Below, one piece after another: positions 10,511 to 19,478 of a stretch of DNA of 64,000 nucleotides (positions within the stretch are counted from its first letter, which is position 1; each line of letters opens with the position of its first letter). Where the stretch lies: positions 7,897-71,896 of the forward strand of contig CAZYBE010000011.1 in assembly GCA_964645765.1 (NCBI GenBank). Direction: 5' to 3'. Position numbers and translations under genes: made by a program. This DNA comes from an uncultured Eubacteriales bacterium. GTDB taxonomy: Bacteria; Acidobacteriota; Aminicenantia; Aminicenantales; Aminicenantaceae. The notes beneath the pieces are model-generated. The model had not been told where the DNA came from. It made no database searches and saw only the letters and a program-made list of their open reading frames with translations.

Positions 10511-10651
10511 GTCATTGCGAGCCCGAAGCGCCGTGGCAATCCGACGGAGTCGTCGCGAGGAGCGGAGCGACGCGGCGATCTCATAAGATTAAAGAGATTG
10601 CGCAGCCTGTTCCGAGCAAAGCGAGGAATCTTCTTCGTTCCTCGCAATGAC
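10511..10651. repeat. 141-bp palindromic REP/MITE-like element
   Basis: Terminal inverted repeat GTCATTGCGAG (10511) / CTCGCAATGAC (10641-10651); internal gcgatctc...gagattgc arms. Confidence 0.75.
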
Positions 10652-10673
10652 ATTTTATTTATTGCGTTTGTGT

Positions 10674-10834
10674 TAATAATCTAAAAAATTACAGCCTTCT
10701 CCTCAACTCTGCATTATCTTCATTATCTTGGAAAAAGCCCGGAGGTGGGGGTGGAGCGAACTGTTCTCCATCCAGAGCCCACATGCCGCGTCCGTGAGTG
10801 GCGATGACGATGATATTCTCGAGGGGATGAATGA
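10674..10834 (-). pseudogene. Duplicated 3' end of the Asp-box propeller gene (direct repeat copy A)
   Basis: High identity to 11826-11986 at constant offset 1152; encodes IHPLENIIVIATHGRGMWALDG...DNAELRRRL*. Confidence 0.9.
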
Positions 10835-10840
10835 AATCCG

Positions 10841-11485
10841 CTATGTTCTTTTCCTTCTCCTGGCAAATTCGAGAATCGCCACGATGACCGCAATACAAAG
10901 AAGGACAGCCAGTATTGTTATTAATCGATTCTTGCTGGAAATGGTTTTTTTCAGCTGTTCAGACAACGTGCTTTTTTCGCCATTCAGCGCAGAGATTTGC
11001 TGATTTTGATTCGCCACAGAATCCTTGAGCGCAGCCTGTGCTTTTTGAAGAGAGGAAATCTCAGCGTCTTTTGATGCAATTAATGTGCCCTTCTCGGCTA
11101 CTTCCTTTTTCAGGGCATTGATCTGGCTGTTGAAGCTGCTTATCCTTTTTCGGTTTTTTTCCTCAAATTCCTTGCCGGCTTTAACCGCTTTTTCAAGTTC
11201 TCCCTTTTGGCTTTCCAACGTTGCAATTTGATTTTCCAGTGTATTAATAGTAGCTGATAGCTGTTTATTTTCGCTTTGTGCATTCTCGAGGGCACTTTTT
11301 GTATCCATGAGTTCCTTGTTCAGTGCCTCGTTGTTTTTTTGAAACTCGCTGATTCTGCTGTCAGCCTGGTTGAGTTGGACTTTTTGTTCTTTGGTTGTTG
11401 CCATCTTGGATGCGCATCCCACCGTTAAAAGGATCGAAAGCGCTACGGCTGTGATCACCATGTCAAAATAAGGTTTTTTCCTCAT
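10841..11485 (-). CDS. Coiled-coil lipoprotein with a C-terminal TM helix
   Basis: SD aaggag before ATG 11485; lipobox LTVG-C; long heptad region; C-terminal hydrophobic helix followed by RRRKRT. Confidence 0.8.
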   Translation of the reverse strand: MRKKPYFDMVITAVALSILLTVGCASKMATTKEQKVQLNQADSRISEFQKNNEALNKELMDTKSALENAQSENKQLSATINTLENQIATLESQKGELEKAVKAGKEFEEKNRKRISSFNSQINALKKEVAEKGTLIASKDAEISSLQKAQAALKDSVANQNQQISALNGEKSTLSEQLKKTISSKNRLITILAVLLCIAVIVAILEFARRRKRT

Positions 11486-11726
11486 GATGGAATCTCCTTT
11501 CATAAAAAATTATTGTGAAAGTAAGTTTGAGTAATTATTTTATATAAAAGCAAGAAGCATAACAGTATTATTGAGTGCATTCATTTGTTCTGTCAAGCCG
11601 ATTTTAAGGTGCGCCATTTAAAAATTAAAAGTGGACTGAAGACGCCGGGGATGGAGAAAGGCTGAGGCGGAAGCGGTGGGAAGTAAGAAGGGGAATTTTT
11701 CGTTGACCCTTAATAGGAGGGCTTGA

Positions 11727-11751
11727 GTAGGTCGGGGCGTCGTAGCCCCGA
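11727..11751 (+). repeat. Single GTAG-type REP-like hairpin
   Basis: GTAG followed by tcggggc-loop-gccccga stem. Confidence 0.35.
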
Positions 11752-11825
11752 TTAGAGCCGGGCTTGGGAAAAAAAAGAGCCACGCGTTCCTTAATCTCCA
11801 ATTAAAATCTGCAATGAATTTTTAC

Positions 11826-11986
11826 TAACAATCTAAAAAATTACAGCCCTCATCTCAACTCTGCATTATCTCCACTGTCTTGGAAAAAGCGCTGAGGTGG
11901 AGGTGGAGCGAACTGTTTTCCATCCAGAGCCCACATGCCGCGTCCGTGAGTGGCGATGACGATGATATTCTCGCGGGGATGAATGA
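11826..11986 (-). repeat. Direct repeat copy B (3' end of the intact gene)
   Basis: Aligns with 10674-10834. Confidence 0.9.
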
Positions 11987-14276
11987 TCAGGTCATGGACA
12001 TAGGTCGAGGGAAGATTTCCACCGAGCACATTCCAGGTAGCGCCTGCATCTGTCGAGACATAGACGCCTGAATCAGTTCCGACAAAAATAATATTCTTAT
12101 TCCTCGGATGTTCTTTAATCACGTTCACCGGGCCGAGAGGAATGCCTTTGGAAATATCTACCCAGGTCTTACCGTAATCTGTCGATTTCCAGACATAAGG
12201 GGCAAAATCATCGTTCCTCTTTCCGTTCTGTGTCATGTAAACTGTGCCTAAATCAAAAGCAGAAGCGGCAATCCTCGAAACCCATTTCTGATAGGGCAGG
12301 CCAGCCATGATCTCCTGCCAGGTCTTTCCTCCATCCTTGGTGACATGGACTTTGCCGTCGTCTGTTCCAACATAGATCAGGCCGAACATGAGGGGCGATT
12401 CAGAGATGGAAAAGATGGTATGATAGGGAATATCGCCCATCTCCTCTTTTGTGTTGTAGGTCAGGTCAGGGCTGATTCTTTCCCAGGTGTCTCCCCGGTC
12501 CCTGGAACGGAAAAGGTACTGCATGCCGTGATAGATGATGTTGGGATTGTTAGGAGAAATGATGGTCGGAGCCAGCCACTGCCCTCTCAGCCCAGGCTCG
12601 TTCTCATATTGCCTGGGGAGTATCATTTTCATGCGCTGAGCCGGGGGAAGGCTGAGGTCAGACCTGGTCAGAGAGCCATAAAAAGTTGAAGAATAGATGA
12701 TGTTGGGGTTTGTCGGGTCGACGGCATGGGTGCAGCCTTCACCGCCAGGGGCTCTTTCAAATTCCACTGTTCGAATCTGGTTTCGCACTTTATCGACTTC
12801 GACCACAGCTCTGAAGCTTCCATGGTCCTGCATGGAACCGATGACATGAAATGGATTGTCCATATCGTAAGCAATGTTGAAAAACTGGCTGACAGGAAGG
12901 TTATTAGTAAATTGTCTCCAAGTCTTTCCTCTGTCATAAGAAATTACGATTCCGCCGTCGTTGACATTGATAATGTAATTGGAATTGTCAGGGTCAATCC
13001 ACATGCCGTGATGGTCAACATGCATGCCCCAAAGAGCGCGGAAAGTCTTTCCCCCATCATTGGAAACCCTTAATGGGACGCCCATGATGTAGAATGTGTT
13101 TTCATCATTGGGGTCGACGCGAATCTGTCCGAAAACCCAGCCGTAGGTGCCAGAATGGCGCTCCAATTCCTGTTTAACCTGCGGAGTTAAAGGGCTCACC
13201 AGAGTCCAGTTTTCTCCCCTGTCGTCAGAGCGGTAGACTGTCGCTCCTTTTATGATTCCGCTCGAGGGAAGGCCATAGATGCCAGTTCTCTCTGCTTCAG
13301 TCGGCTCGCGGCCAGGCTCGTAATTGTCGATATAGGCATAGAGCACATTAGACTTGGAGAGGCAAAGATCAATCCCGATTCGTCCTCTGTACTTTGGAGC
13401 TGGAAGCCCGCTGTTGATCGGCTTCCAGGTGTTACCGCCGTCTGTTGTCTTGTAGATTCCGCTCCCCGTGTAATCAGGCTCATTGCGGGGGTCGTTCCAT
13501 TTCTTGCGCATTCTCTGCCAGAAGGCCGCATAAAGGGTGTTGCTGTCCTTCGGGTCCATGACTAAGTCGATGGCTCCTGTCTTTTCATCGACATAGAGAA
13601 CCTTGCTCCAGGTCTTGCCGCCGTCTGTTGTCTTGAAGACGCCTCGCTCCTCGCTGTTTGTCCATTCATGACCGGAAGCAGCGACATAAACGATATCCGG
13701 ATTCTCGGGATGGATGACAATCCTGGGAATGGTCTGGGTTCCTGCCAGTCCCATATGCTGCCACGTCTTGCCTCCGTCGGCCGATTTATATACCCCTGCT
13801 CCTGACTGCGAGCTGCGGAAGATGTTGGCTTCGCCAGTTCCGACCCAGACAATCTGTTGGTTCGAAGGAGCGATAGCGACATCGCCGATCGATGTCGACG
13901 GTCCCTGGTCGAAAATCGGCTCCCAGGTTGTTCCTTCGTTATCTGTCTTCCACAGGCCGCCAGAAGCCGTGCCGACATAGATTGTGTAATTTTTTCCCTT
14001 GGGCCTGACAACAGCGATGTCGGTGCATCTGCCGCTGACGTTTGTCGGCCCGAGAAACTGCCACTTTAAATCTTTGTAGGGAGAGTTCGTCTTCATTTCC
14101 AGCTGCTTCTCAAACCACTGCAGCCTCAGGGCTGGGCCTGTGGAAATGATTCTTTCCGGCGTCTTGGCTTTTTTGCCCTGTTTGGCTTGAGCCGGAAAAA
14201 CAAGCAGAGTCATCGACAGAACACATAGGCAGGCAACCAATGCCTGCAGCCAGAATAATTGCCGTTTCGAAATCAT
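11850..14276 (-). CDS. Secreted BNR/Asp-box (VPS10/GH74-like) beta-propeller protein
   Basis: Signal peptide; many S/T-x-D-x-G-x-T-W Asp boxes; GPTNVSGR start; C-terminal ATHGRGMW. Confidence 0.85.
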   Translation of the reverse strand: MISKRQLFWLQALVACLCVLSMTLLVFPAQAKQGKKAKTPERIISTGPALRLQWFEKQLEMKTNSPYKDLKWQFLGPTNVSGRCTDIAVVRPKGKNYTIYVGTASGGLWKTDNEGTTWEPIFDQGPSTSIGDVAIAPSNQQIVWVGTGEANIFRSSQSGAGVYKSADGGKTWQHMGLAGTQTIPRIVIHPENPDIVYVAASGHEWTNSEERGVFKTTDGGKTWSKVLYVDEKTGAIDLVMDPKDSNTLYAAFWQRMRKKWNDPRNEPDYTGSGIYKTTDGGNTWKPINSGLPAPKYRGRIGIDLCLSKSNVLYAYIDNYEPGREPTEAERTGIYGLPSSGIIKGATVYRSDDRGENWTLVSPLTPQVKQELERHSGTYGWVFGQIRVDPNDENTFYIMGVPLRVSNDGGKTFRALWGMHVDHHGMWIDPDNSNYIINVNDGGIVISYDRGKTWRQFTNNLPVSQFFNIAYDMDNPFHVIGSMQDHGSFRAVVEVDKVRNQIRTVEFERAPGGEGCTHAVDPTNPNIIYSSTFYGSLTRSDLSLPPAQRMKMILPRQYENEPGLRGQWLAPTIISPNNPNIIYHGMQYLFRSRDRGDTWERISPDLTYNTKEEMGDIPYHTIFSISESPLMFGLIYVGTDDGKVHVTKDGGKTWQEIMAGLPYQKWVSRIAASAFDLGTVYMTQNGKRNDDFAPYVWKSTDYGKTWVDISKGIPLGPVNVIKEHPRNKNIIFVGTDSGVYVSTDAGATWNVLGGNLPSTYVHDLIIHPRENIIVIATHGRGMWALDGKQFAPPPPQRFFQDSGDNAELR

Positions 14277-14438
14277 GCTAGGGCCTCCTTTTTTTATGAT
14301 TGATAATCATGAAAAGCTGAGTCACAAAAATTATAATAACTTTGAGATTTTTTCAATAGGATCTCTGAATTTTTAAGCATCTCTCTTTCCATGACGATAT
14401 TAGCCTGCTTATGGATAAAAAAGAAAAGGGGTTTTTCT

Positions 14439-15215
14439 TTATTGTAGAGGAATCTTCGATTCTTTTATCCTCAGGGTTATGACGGCCTTGACCTCTTCCG
14501 AGGCTCCTTCTGAACTTACCCGAAAAAAGGTGGCTGTCATCTGTTTCTGTCTCGGGAGAGAGCTGACCGGTTTTTCTTCGCTTTTTTTGCTCAGCATTTT
14601 TTTTATCAAGTCATAAGCAACTCCCAAGGCATCAAATATCGATACTGAATTAAAAGGGGAGTTAGTCCTCTCGATTGGATTATGAGGCTTGTAAGTGTCA
14701 GGCCAAGGCGGAAGATTAAACTTTAACGGCACACTTTTCTGGGTTATCTTGGTGCTGGAGATAACCAATTCATCTCCGATAAACATCGACAGCTTGAATT
14801 CGCGCGCTTCTATCTCGTTATCGGCTTTTTTCTCTTTTTCCTCCATATTGAGCTTGATATCAATCTCGATTTCCTCTCTCAGCATTAAGTCACTCGCTTT
14901 CAATTCTAAAAAATAGATGTGGGAGCCAGATTTATCAAACAGGTCATCAGCCTCGATACTGATCGTGTTTATTCCCCTTTTAACCAGGCCTCCTTTAATC
15001 GTGTTTTCTCTGTCGAATAATTTGTAATATGCATCCCTCTCCATATCGATAGCGAGCACTAATCTTGCCGGGGGGAAGACGCCTTCATTTGCGCTACTTA
15101 CGAGCGAGATATCATCAAGGAGGGGGAATACTGTTTGAGCATGAAGGCCAAGGCCAGAACATCCCATAATCAGCAACAAAACAAATAATCTCTTAATCAT
15201 TGTATTGAAATTCAA
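14439..15215 (-). CDS. Hypothetical exported protein
   Basis: 258-aa ORF with a signal peptide, overlapping the upstream TonB-like gene. Confidence 0.7.
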   Translation of the reverse strand: MNFNTMIKRLFVLLLIMGCSGLGLHAQTVFPLLDDISLVSSANEGVFPPARLVLAIDMERDAYYKLFDRENTIKGGLVKRGINTISIEADDLFDKSGSHIYFLELKASDLMLREEIEIDIKLNMEEKEKKADNEIEAREFKLSMFIGDELVISSTKITQKSVPLKFNLPPWPDTYKPHNPIERTNSPFNSVSIFDALGVAYDLIKKMLSKKSEEKPVSSLPRQKQMTATFFRVSSEGASEEVKAVITLRIKESKIPLQ

Positions 15216-16107
15216 AATAGGCTTCTATGTTCTTGTTCGGAAAATCATCCGGGAACTGAGGAAAGGGAGAGCTCATTCTCAAGGCTTTCAATGCGGTTTC
15301 ATCAAGGACCTGAACCATTGATGTGCTGACAATCTGGACTGAAGAAAGCTCTCCGCCTCTTTCAATGACTGCCGAAATTCTAACCACGCCCTGAAGATTT
15401 TTTATTTGTTCAAAAGGAATAATCCAGTTCAAAAGGATTTTATTCAAAACCTTCTCTGCCCAGGGAGTTATATTATAGCCTTGGACTTTGAAAGAGGCCC
15501 TTGCCCCTCGAGTTCCGCGCCGCAGCTCATAAGGCCCGATGGAAGCCGTTCCGCTGGGACGGCCAGTGGCTGAAAAATCGGAATACGGGTATTTCAATCG
15601 ATTGATATCTTTTATGTAGCCCTCTTTCTTCTCACCAGGCATGGCTTTCATCTTCCCGAGTCTTGAGGGCAAATCCAGGCTGTAGCCTGGGGGGAGTTCT
15701 GACTTGTACTTTGAAGCCTGATCGAACTCGAATTTCGAGGTTAAGCCTGAATAAAACTCCGCTTTGCTTGCTTCTTTAGCATTCTTGGCCCCGCCGGGAG
15801 AGGGCGGCTGGCCGATTTCAGCCTCTGAACCAGGGACATTGCTTCGGCCTTCTCCTGGCTCAGCTTGAATTTTCGTTTCCTTGCCTGCATATCCAGACTC
15901 TGTTTTGGAGGTTAATCCCTGGAGATTTTCCAAGAACTTGCCGATATCCTCAGGCAGGAATACCTTTTCAGGTGAAGCGAGAATAACATTCCTTACAACC
16001 CTTTTAACAGGGTAAATCTTTATCTGAATTTTTGCATTCAAAATAAAATGAATCAGGACGGCATGAACTGCGAGCGAAAGAAGAAAAATAGCTGCTTTTC
16101 TTAACAA
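15193..16107 (-). CDS. TonB/TolA-like protein (N-terminal TM, C-terminal TonB_C domain)
   Basis: TM with SLAVHAVL (SxxxH motif); C-terminal NWIIP...ISAVIERGGEL...STS..LDETALKALRMSSPFPQFP. Confidence 0.8.
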   Translation of the reverse strand: MLRKAAIFLLSLAVHAVLIHFILNAKIQIKIYPVKRVVRNVILASPEKVFLPEDIGKFLENLQGLTSKTESGYAGKETKIQAEPGEGRSNVPGSEAEIGQPPSPGGAKNAKEASKAEFYSGLTSKFEFDQASKYKSELPPGYSLDLPSRLGKMKAMPGEKKEGYIKDINRLKYPYSDFSATGRPSGTASIGPYELRRGTRGARASFKVQGYNITPWAEKVLNKILLNWIIPFEQIKNLQGVVRISAVIERGGELSSVQIVSTSMVQVLDETALKALRMSSPFPQFPDDFPNKNIEAYFEFQYND

Positions 16108-16198
16108 TTCAGGTCCTCATTTATCAGGTAACTCAATATTTAAGATTTTACCACTCCTTACCTAATAAAATGCAAATTTTGAAAAAAAGTTGCTTAAT

Positions 16199-16342
16199 TA
16201 TGGGGACACAATACTTAATACCATCTTTAAATGAACTAGCTACGGGGACAGAGTGCTCAATTCCTACTTTGCTAAAAAATGTCCTATCTCAGGCGTGAAT
16301 TTCAATTCATAAAGCTCAATAATTAAGTATTGTGTCCCCATA
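16199..16342. mobile_element. 144-bp MITE-like element with a perfect 21-bp terminal inverted repeat
   Basis: tatggggacacaatacttaat (16199-16219) / attaagtattgtgtccccata (16322-16342); internal partial copy tacggggacagagtgctcaat. Confidence 0.7.
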
Positions 16343-16401
16343 AAAGGGCAATAAAAAAAATTAAAAAGGTGGGGGGAAATGGATTTGTTGCTCTTAAAAA
16401 G

Positions 16402-16536
16402 TTATTGCTTAGGAGATTTTCGCTCTGAAAATAAAAGCCAAACTGTTATAAAAAGAGCCAAAACCAATAATCCAACCGTAAAAAAAGCAATCATCTGGAG
16501 GCATGTTTTCAGAAGACTCAGCAGAGCTCCTTCCAT
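16402..16536 (-). CDS. 44-aa single-TM small protein, not in the ORF track
   Basis: My translation: MEGALLSLLKTCLQMIAFFTVGLLVLALFITVWLLFSERKSPKQ*; starts 31 nt after the propeller-1 stop. Confidence 0.5.
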   Translation of the reverse strand: MEGALLSLLKTCLQMIAFFTVGLLVLALFITVWLLFSERKSPKQ

Positions 16537-16567
16537 GCTCACTTGATTTATCTCGCTTAATCTTAAT

Positions 16568-18670
16568 TTATTTTTTCTTGCCTTTCTCTTTTGGCAGGAA
16601 ATTTTCCATCACCCAGATTTGTGGAAGTTCAGATTTGGGTGGACGGGAGGCAAAAGTGATGCGCCGTCCATCAGGATGAAAGCTCAGATGTTCCATCCTC
16701 TCCATGGTCACGCCAAGGCTTTGAGGTGTGCCGCCTTCTGAAGGAATCCGCCTCAGCTCCCACTTTAAATCATCCTCAGGGTCTTCTGAAAAATATATAT
16801 ATTTACCATCAGGACTCCAAGCAATATCAATAATCCAACGGCCTCCCTGCTTGAATCGATGCAGTTCTTTCAATTCTCCCCCTGCTGCAGGAACGACTTT
16901 CAAGACACGTGTATTTTCTTCAGCTCGCATAAGCACAGCCAATTTCTTGCCATCCCGAGAAAGGGCTATACTATGATTGTCCTGAGGAGCATGTTCAAGC
17001 TCTTTCTCCTCTCCAGTCTCTATGTTCCTGAGTAAAACCTGAGTTAGATTTTTAGTCTCGTGGGCTCTGACATAAATGACCCACTTACCATCGTGTGAAA
17101 TTTGTGGGGAATGAATATATTCTTTCCCCTCTGTCTTCATGAAAGAAGTCACTTGCCCAGTTTGGGCACTTATCAGAAAGATTCCACCGCCATCTCCGAC
17201 AGTCGCTTTGGCAAAAATAGAGCGGCCATCAGGAGTCCAGCGGGGATAACCAAGGTTGAGTTCATAGGGGAGTTCACGAACTTGTCCGGATTCGACAGAA
17301 TAAATGCAAATGACATTTCGACGCTCCTGAGGTCCCCGCATTGAGCGGTAAACAAGATATTTTCCATCAGGCGACCAGTCAGGCGACATGTTGTGGCCTT
17401 CATAGGGAAGGGGTTCCTTTTCAGGCGGGGAAATTATCTTCCCTGATTCTGGGTCGAGTGTTGCTGTGTAAACATCATACAACAAACCAGGTGGAGTGTA
17501 ATAAAAGGCGCCATCCTGAGTGATTCCCAGAGGCTCAATAAACCCTATATCACTCTTTAAAAGCAAGGGAGCAGCCTGAGGTTTTCCTTCATCGACTCGT
17601 ATGATCCAGGCGTCCATGGTTCCTGTTCGTTTGCTGGCAAAGAGGATATTCTTTCCATCCGGGGCCCAAGCGAGTAAGTAGTCGTGGGCTGGGTGTGGAA
17701 CCAGGGGAATTTCTCGATTCCCATCAATGTCGAGCAAAAAGATATCATGCTCATAGCTGTCTTCTTTTGGTGGACAGTCATAGGCGAGGTAGCGTCCATC
17801 AGGAGACAATAATGCTTTAACATCATAGGGGGCGCGCACCATAATCTTTTTAAGAATGCGAACCGAGCCGTCAGCCACAGATACGAGCCCGAGCTCACAC
17901 CCTTTCCCTCTAATGATTCCGACCAGAATGTATTTGCCGTCTGGGGACCAATCAACCGCAGCAACCCATTCTCCCTCTTTTCCTGGATACAGAATGCGAG
18001 GTTTTTTGTTGTCCATTCCAATGATGCGCAGCTCGGTGTAATCAGCCTTAACCCACTCGTAAACGAGTTGCTTGGAGTCTGGTGACCATCGCGAATTCAA
18101 CGCATATCCAGGGCTATCCCAAAGTTTTCTCTCGGTGAGCCTGAGTTTCTTTCCGGTGGCAATCTCTCTCACAGCGATGTCGCCTATTTCCCAGTCCACC
18201 TCTGAAAGGTACTTGCCGTCTGGAGAAACTTTTCCAAATCCACCCCACTCGGAGACTGTCCAGATCGGGTCAATTCTAAATTGCCCATAACCCTTTTCAA
18301 CAAAATTTTGCGCTTTTAAAAGAACAGAAAGTTTTTCTTTCGCCATTTTGACGGAATCGGCCTGCTCTGGATAATTGTCGATGACTTTTTGAAAAGCTTT
18401 TTGGGCATCTTTAAGACCTAACTTTTCATAGCAAATTCCAACTTGAAACTGTGCTTTTGCAGCTACTTTTCTGTTTTCGGGGAATTTGGTGATGACTTTA
18501 AGAAAGAGTTGAATCGCTCCCTGTAAATCTCCTTCTGCATCTTTCTTAAAGATTGCGGCTTCAAAGAGTTCCTCGGCTGACTCCTGAGAAAAAGCATGTT
18601 TCAGCGGGATAAAGAAAAAAATAATCCATAAAAAGACCAATAACCAAATTGAAATTTTTATTCGTCTCAT
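16568..18670 (-). CDS. Module 1: secreted TPR + TolB/PD40 beta-propeller protein
   Basis: Signal peptide; AKAQFQVGICYEKLG TPR; many WSPDG repeats; C-terminal IWVMENFLP; SD ggagg. Confidence 0.9.
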   Translation of the reverse strand: MRRIKISIWLLVFLWIIFFFIPLKHAFSQESAEELFEAAIFKKDAEGDLQGAIQLFLKVITKFPENRKVAAKAQFQVGICYEKLGLKDAQKAFQKVIDNYPEQADSVKMAKEKLSVLLKAQNFVEKGYGQFRIDPIWTVSEWGGFGKVSPDGKYLSEVDWEIGDIAVREIATGKKLRLTERKLWDSPGYALNSRWSPDSKQLVYEWVKADYTELRIIGMDNKKPRILYPGKEGEWVAAVDWSPDGKYILVGIIRGKGCELGLVSVADGSVRILKKIMVRAPYDVKALLSPDGRYLAYDCPPKEDSYEHDIFLLDIDGNREIPLVPHPAHDYLLAWAPDGKNILFASKRTGTMDAWIIRVDEGKPQAAPLLLKSDIGFIEPLGITQDGAFYYTPPGLLYDVYTATLDPESGKIISPPEKEPLPYEGHNMSPDWSPDGKYLVYRSMRGPQERRNVICIYSVESGQVRELPYELNLGYPRWTPDGRSIFAKATVGDGGGIFLISAQTGQVTSFMKTEGKEYIHSPQISHDGKWVIYVRAHETKNLTQVLLRNIETGEEKELEHAPQDNHSIALSRDGKKLAVLMRAEENTRVLKVVPAAGGELKELHRFKQGGRWIIDIAWSPDGKYIYFSEDPEDDLKWELRRIPSEGGTPQSLGVTMERMEHLSFHPDGRRITFASRPPKSELPQIWVMENFLPKEKGKKK

Positions 18671-18743
18671 CGCTTATCCTCCCTGTAAAAAATTGTTCAC
18701 AGGAGAATGTTATCAAATCTTCTGGAACGAGTGGTTAAGCTTG

Positions 18744-18765
18744 TGTTGAGATTCAAATGCGTTTT
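18744..18765. promoter_or_regulatory. Candidate module-1 box upstream of propeller 1
   Basis: tgttgagattcaaatgcgtttt versus tgttgtgatttgatttcgtttt at 21910-21931. Confidence 0.4.
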
Positions 18766-18776
18766 GATTGCAATTA

Positions 18777-19457
18777 TTATCCTTGAAATTTGTACCCAAC
18801 TCCCCTGATGCTGATGAGATGTCTTGGCTCTTCAGGATTTTTCTCTATTTTTTTTCTTAAATGGACGATATGCGGGTCTATCGTTCTGGGCGAGACAATA
18901 GCCTCTTTCCACGCTTCATCGAGTATCGCATCTCTGCTAACCACTTCTCCTCTGTGTTCGATGAAAAACTTAAGGAGCTTAAATTCGAGGGCTGTTAGAT
19001 ATAACTTTTTTCCTGCTTTGAGAATTTCATGGCTCTTAAAATCTACAGATATGTCTCCAAATTTGTAAACGTCTCCGGTCTCCTCCTTCTGCTTAATCCT
19101 TCTTAAAATAGCTTTCACTCTGGCCACGAGTTCCCTTGAGCCGACAGGCTTGGTGACATAATCATCAGCGCCCAACTCCAATCCCATCACTTTATCCATC
19201 TCATCTGTCTTTGCTGCTGTGAGCATCAGAATCGGCACGTTTTTGCCCGCCTCCCTGAGCTTCTTGCATACCTCGAAACCATTTAACTCTGGAAGCAGGA
19301 TATCAAGGATGATCAACTGAAAGTCATGCTCCATTGCTTTCTTTAAACCTTCTTTCCCATCCATGGCAACAGAGACTTTATAGCCTTCGAATTCAAGGTC
19401 ATCTTTCAATCCCATGAGAATGGCCTTGTCATCTTCGATTATTAAAATCTTTTCCAT
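18777..19457 (-). CDS. Module 1 OmpR-family response regulator
   Basis: IIEDD, LIILDILLP, GADDYVTKP, winged-helix RTIDPHIVHLRKKIE, RGVGYKF. Confidence 0.95.
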   Translation of the reverse strand: MEKILIIEDDKAILMGLKDDLEFEGYKVSVAMDGKEGLKKAMEHDFQLIILDILLPELNGFEVCKKLREAGKNVPILMLTAAKTDEMDKVMGLELGADDYVTKPVGSRELVARVKAILRRIKQKEETGDVYKFGDISVDFKSHEILKAGKKLYLTALEFKLLKFFIEHRGEVVSRDAILDEAWKEAIVSPRTIDPHIVHLRKKIEKNPEEPRHLISIRGVGYKFQG

Positions 19458-19478
19458 GTTACTCCCTTTTATACCCCT

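Noticed and set aside
10277-10684. 135-aa and 97-aa plus-strand ORFs
   Set aside because: Antisense to the permease and reading through the palindromic element.
10689-10898. 69-aa ORF as an independent gene
   Set aside because: Chimera of an off-frame lipoprotein tail and the duplicated gene end; recorded as a repeat/pseudogene fragment.
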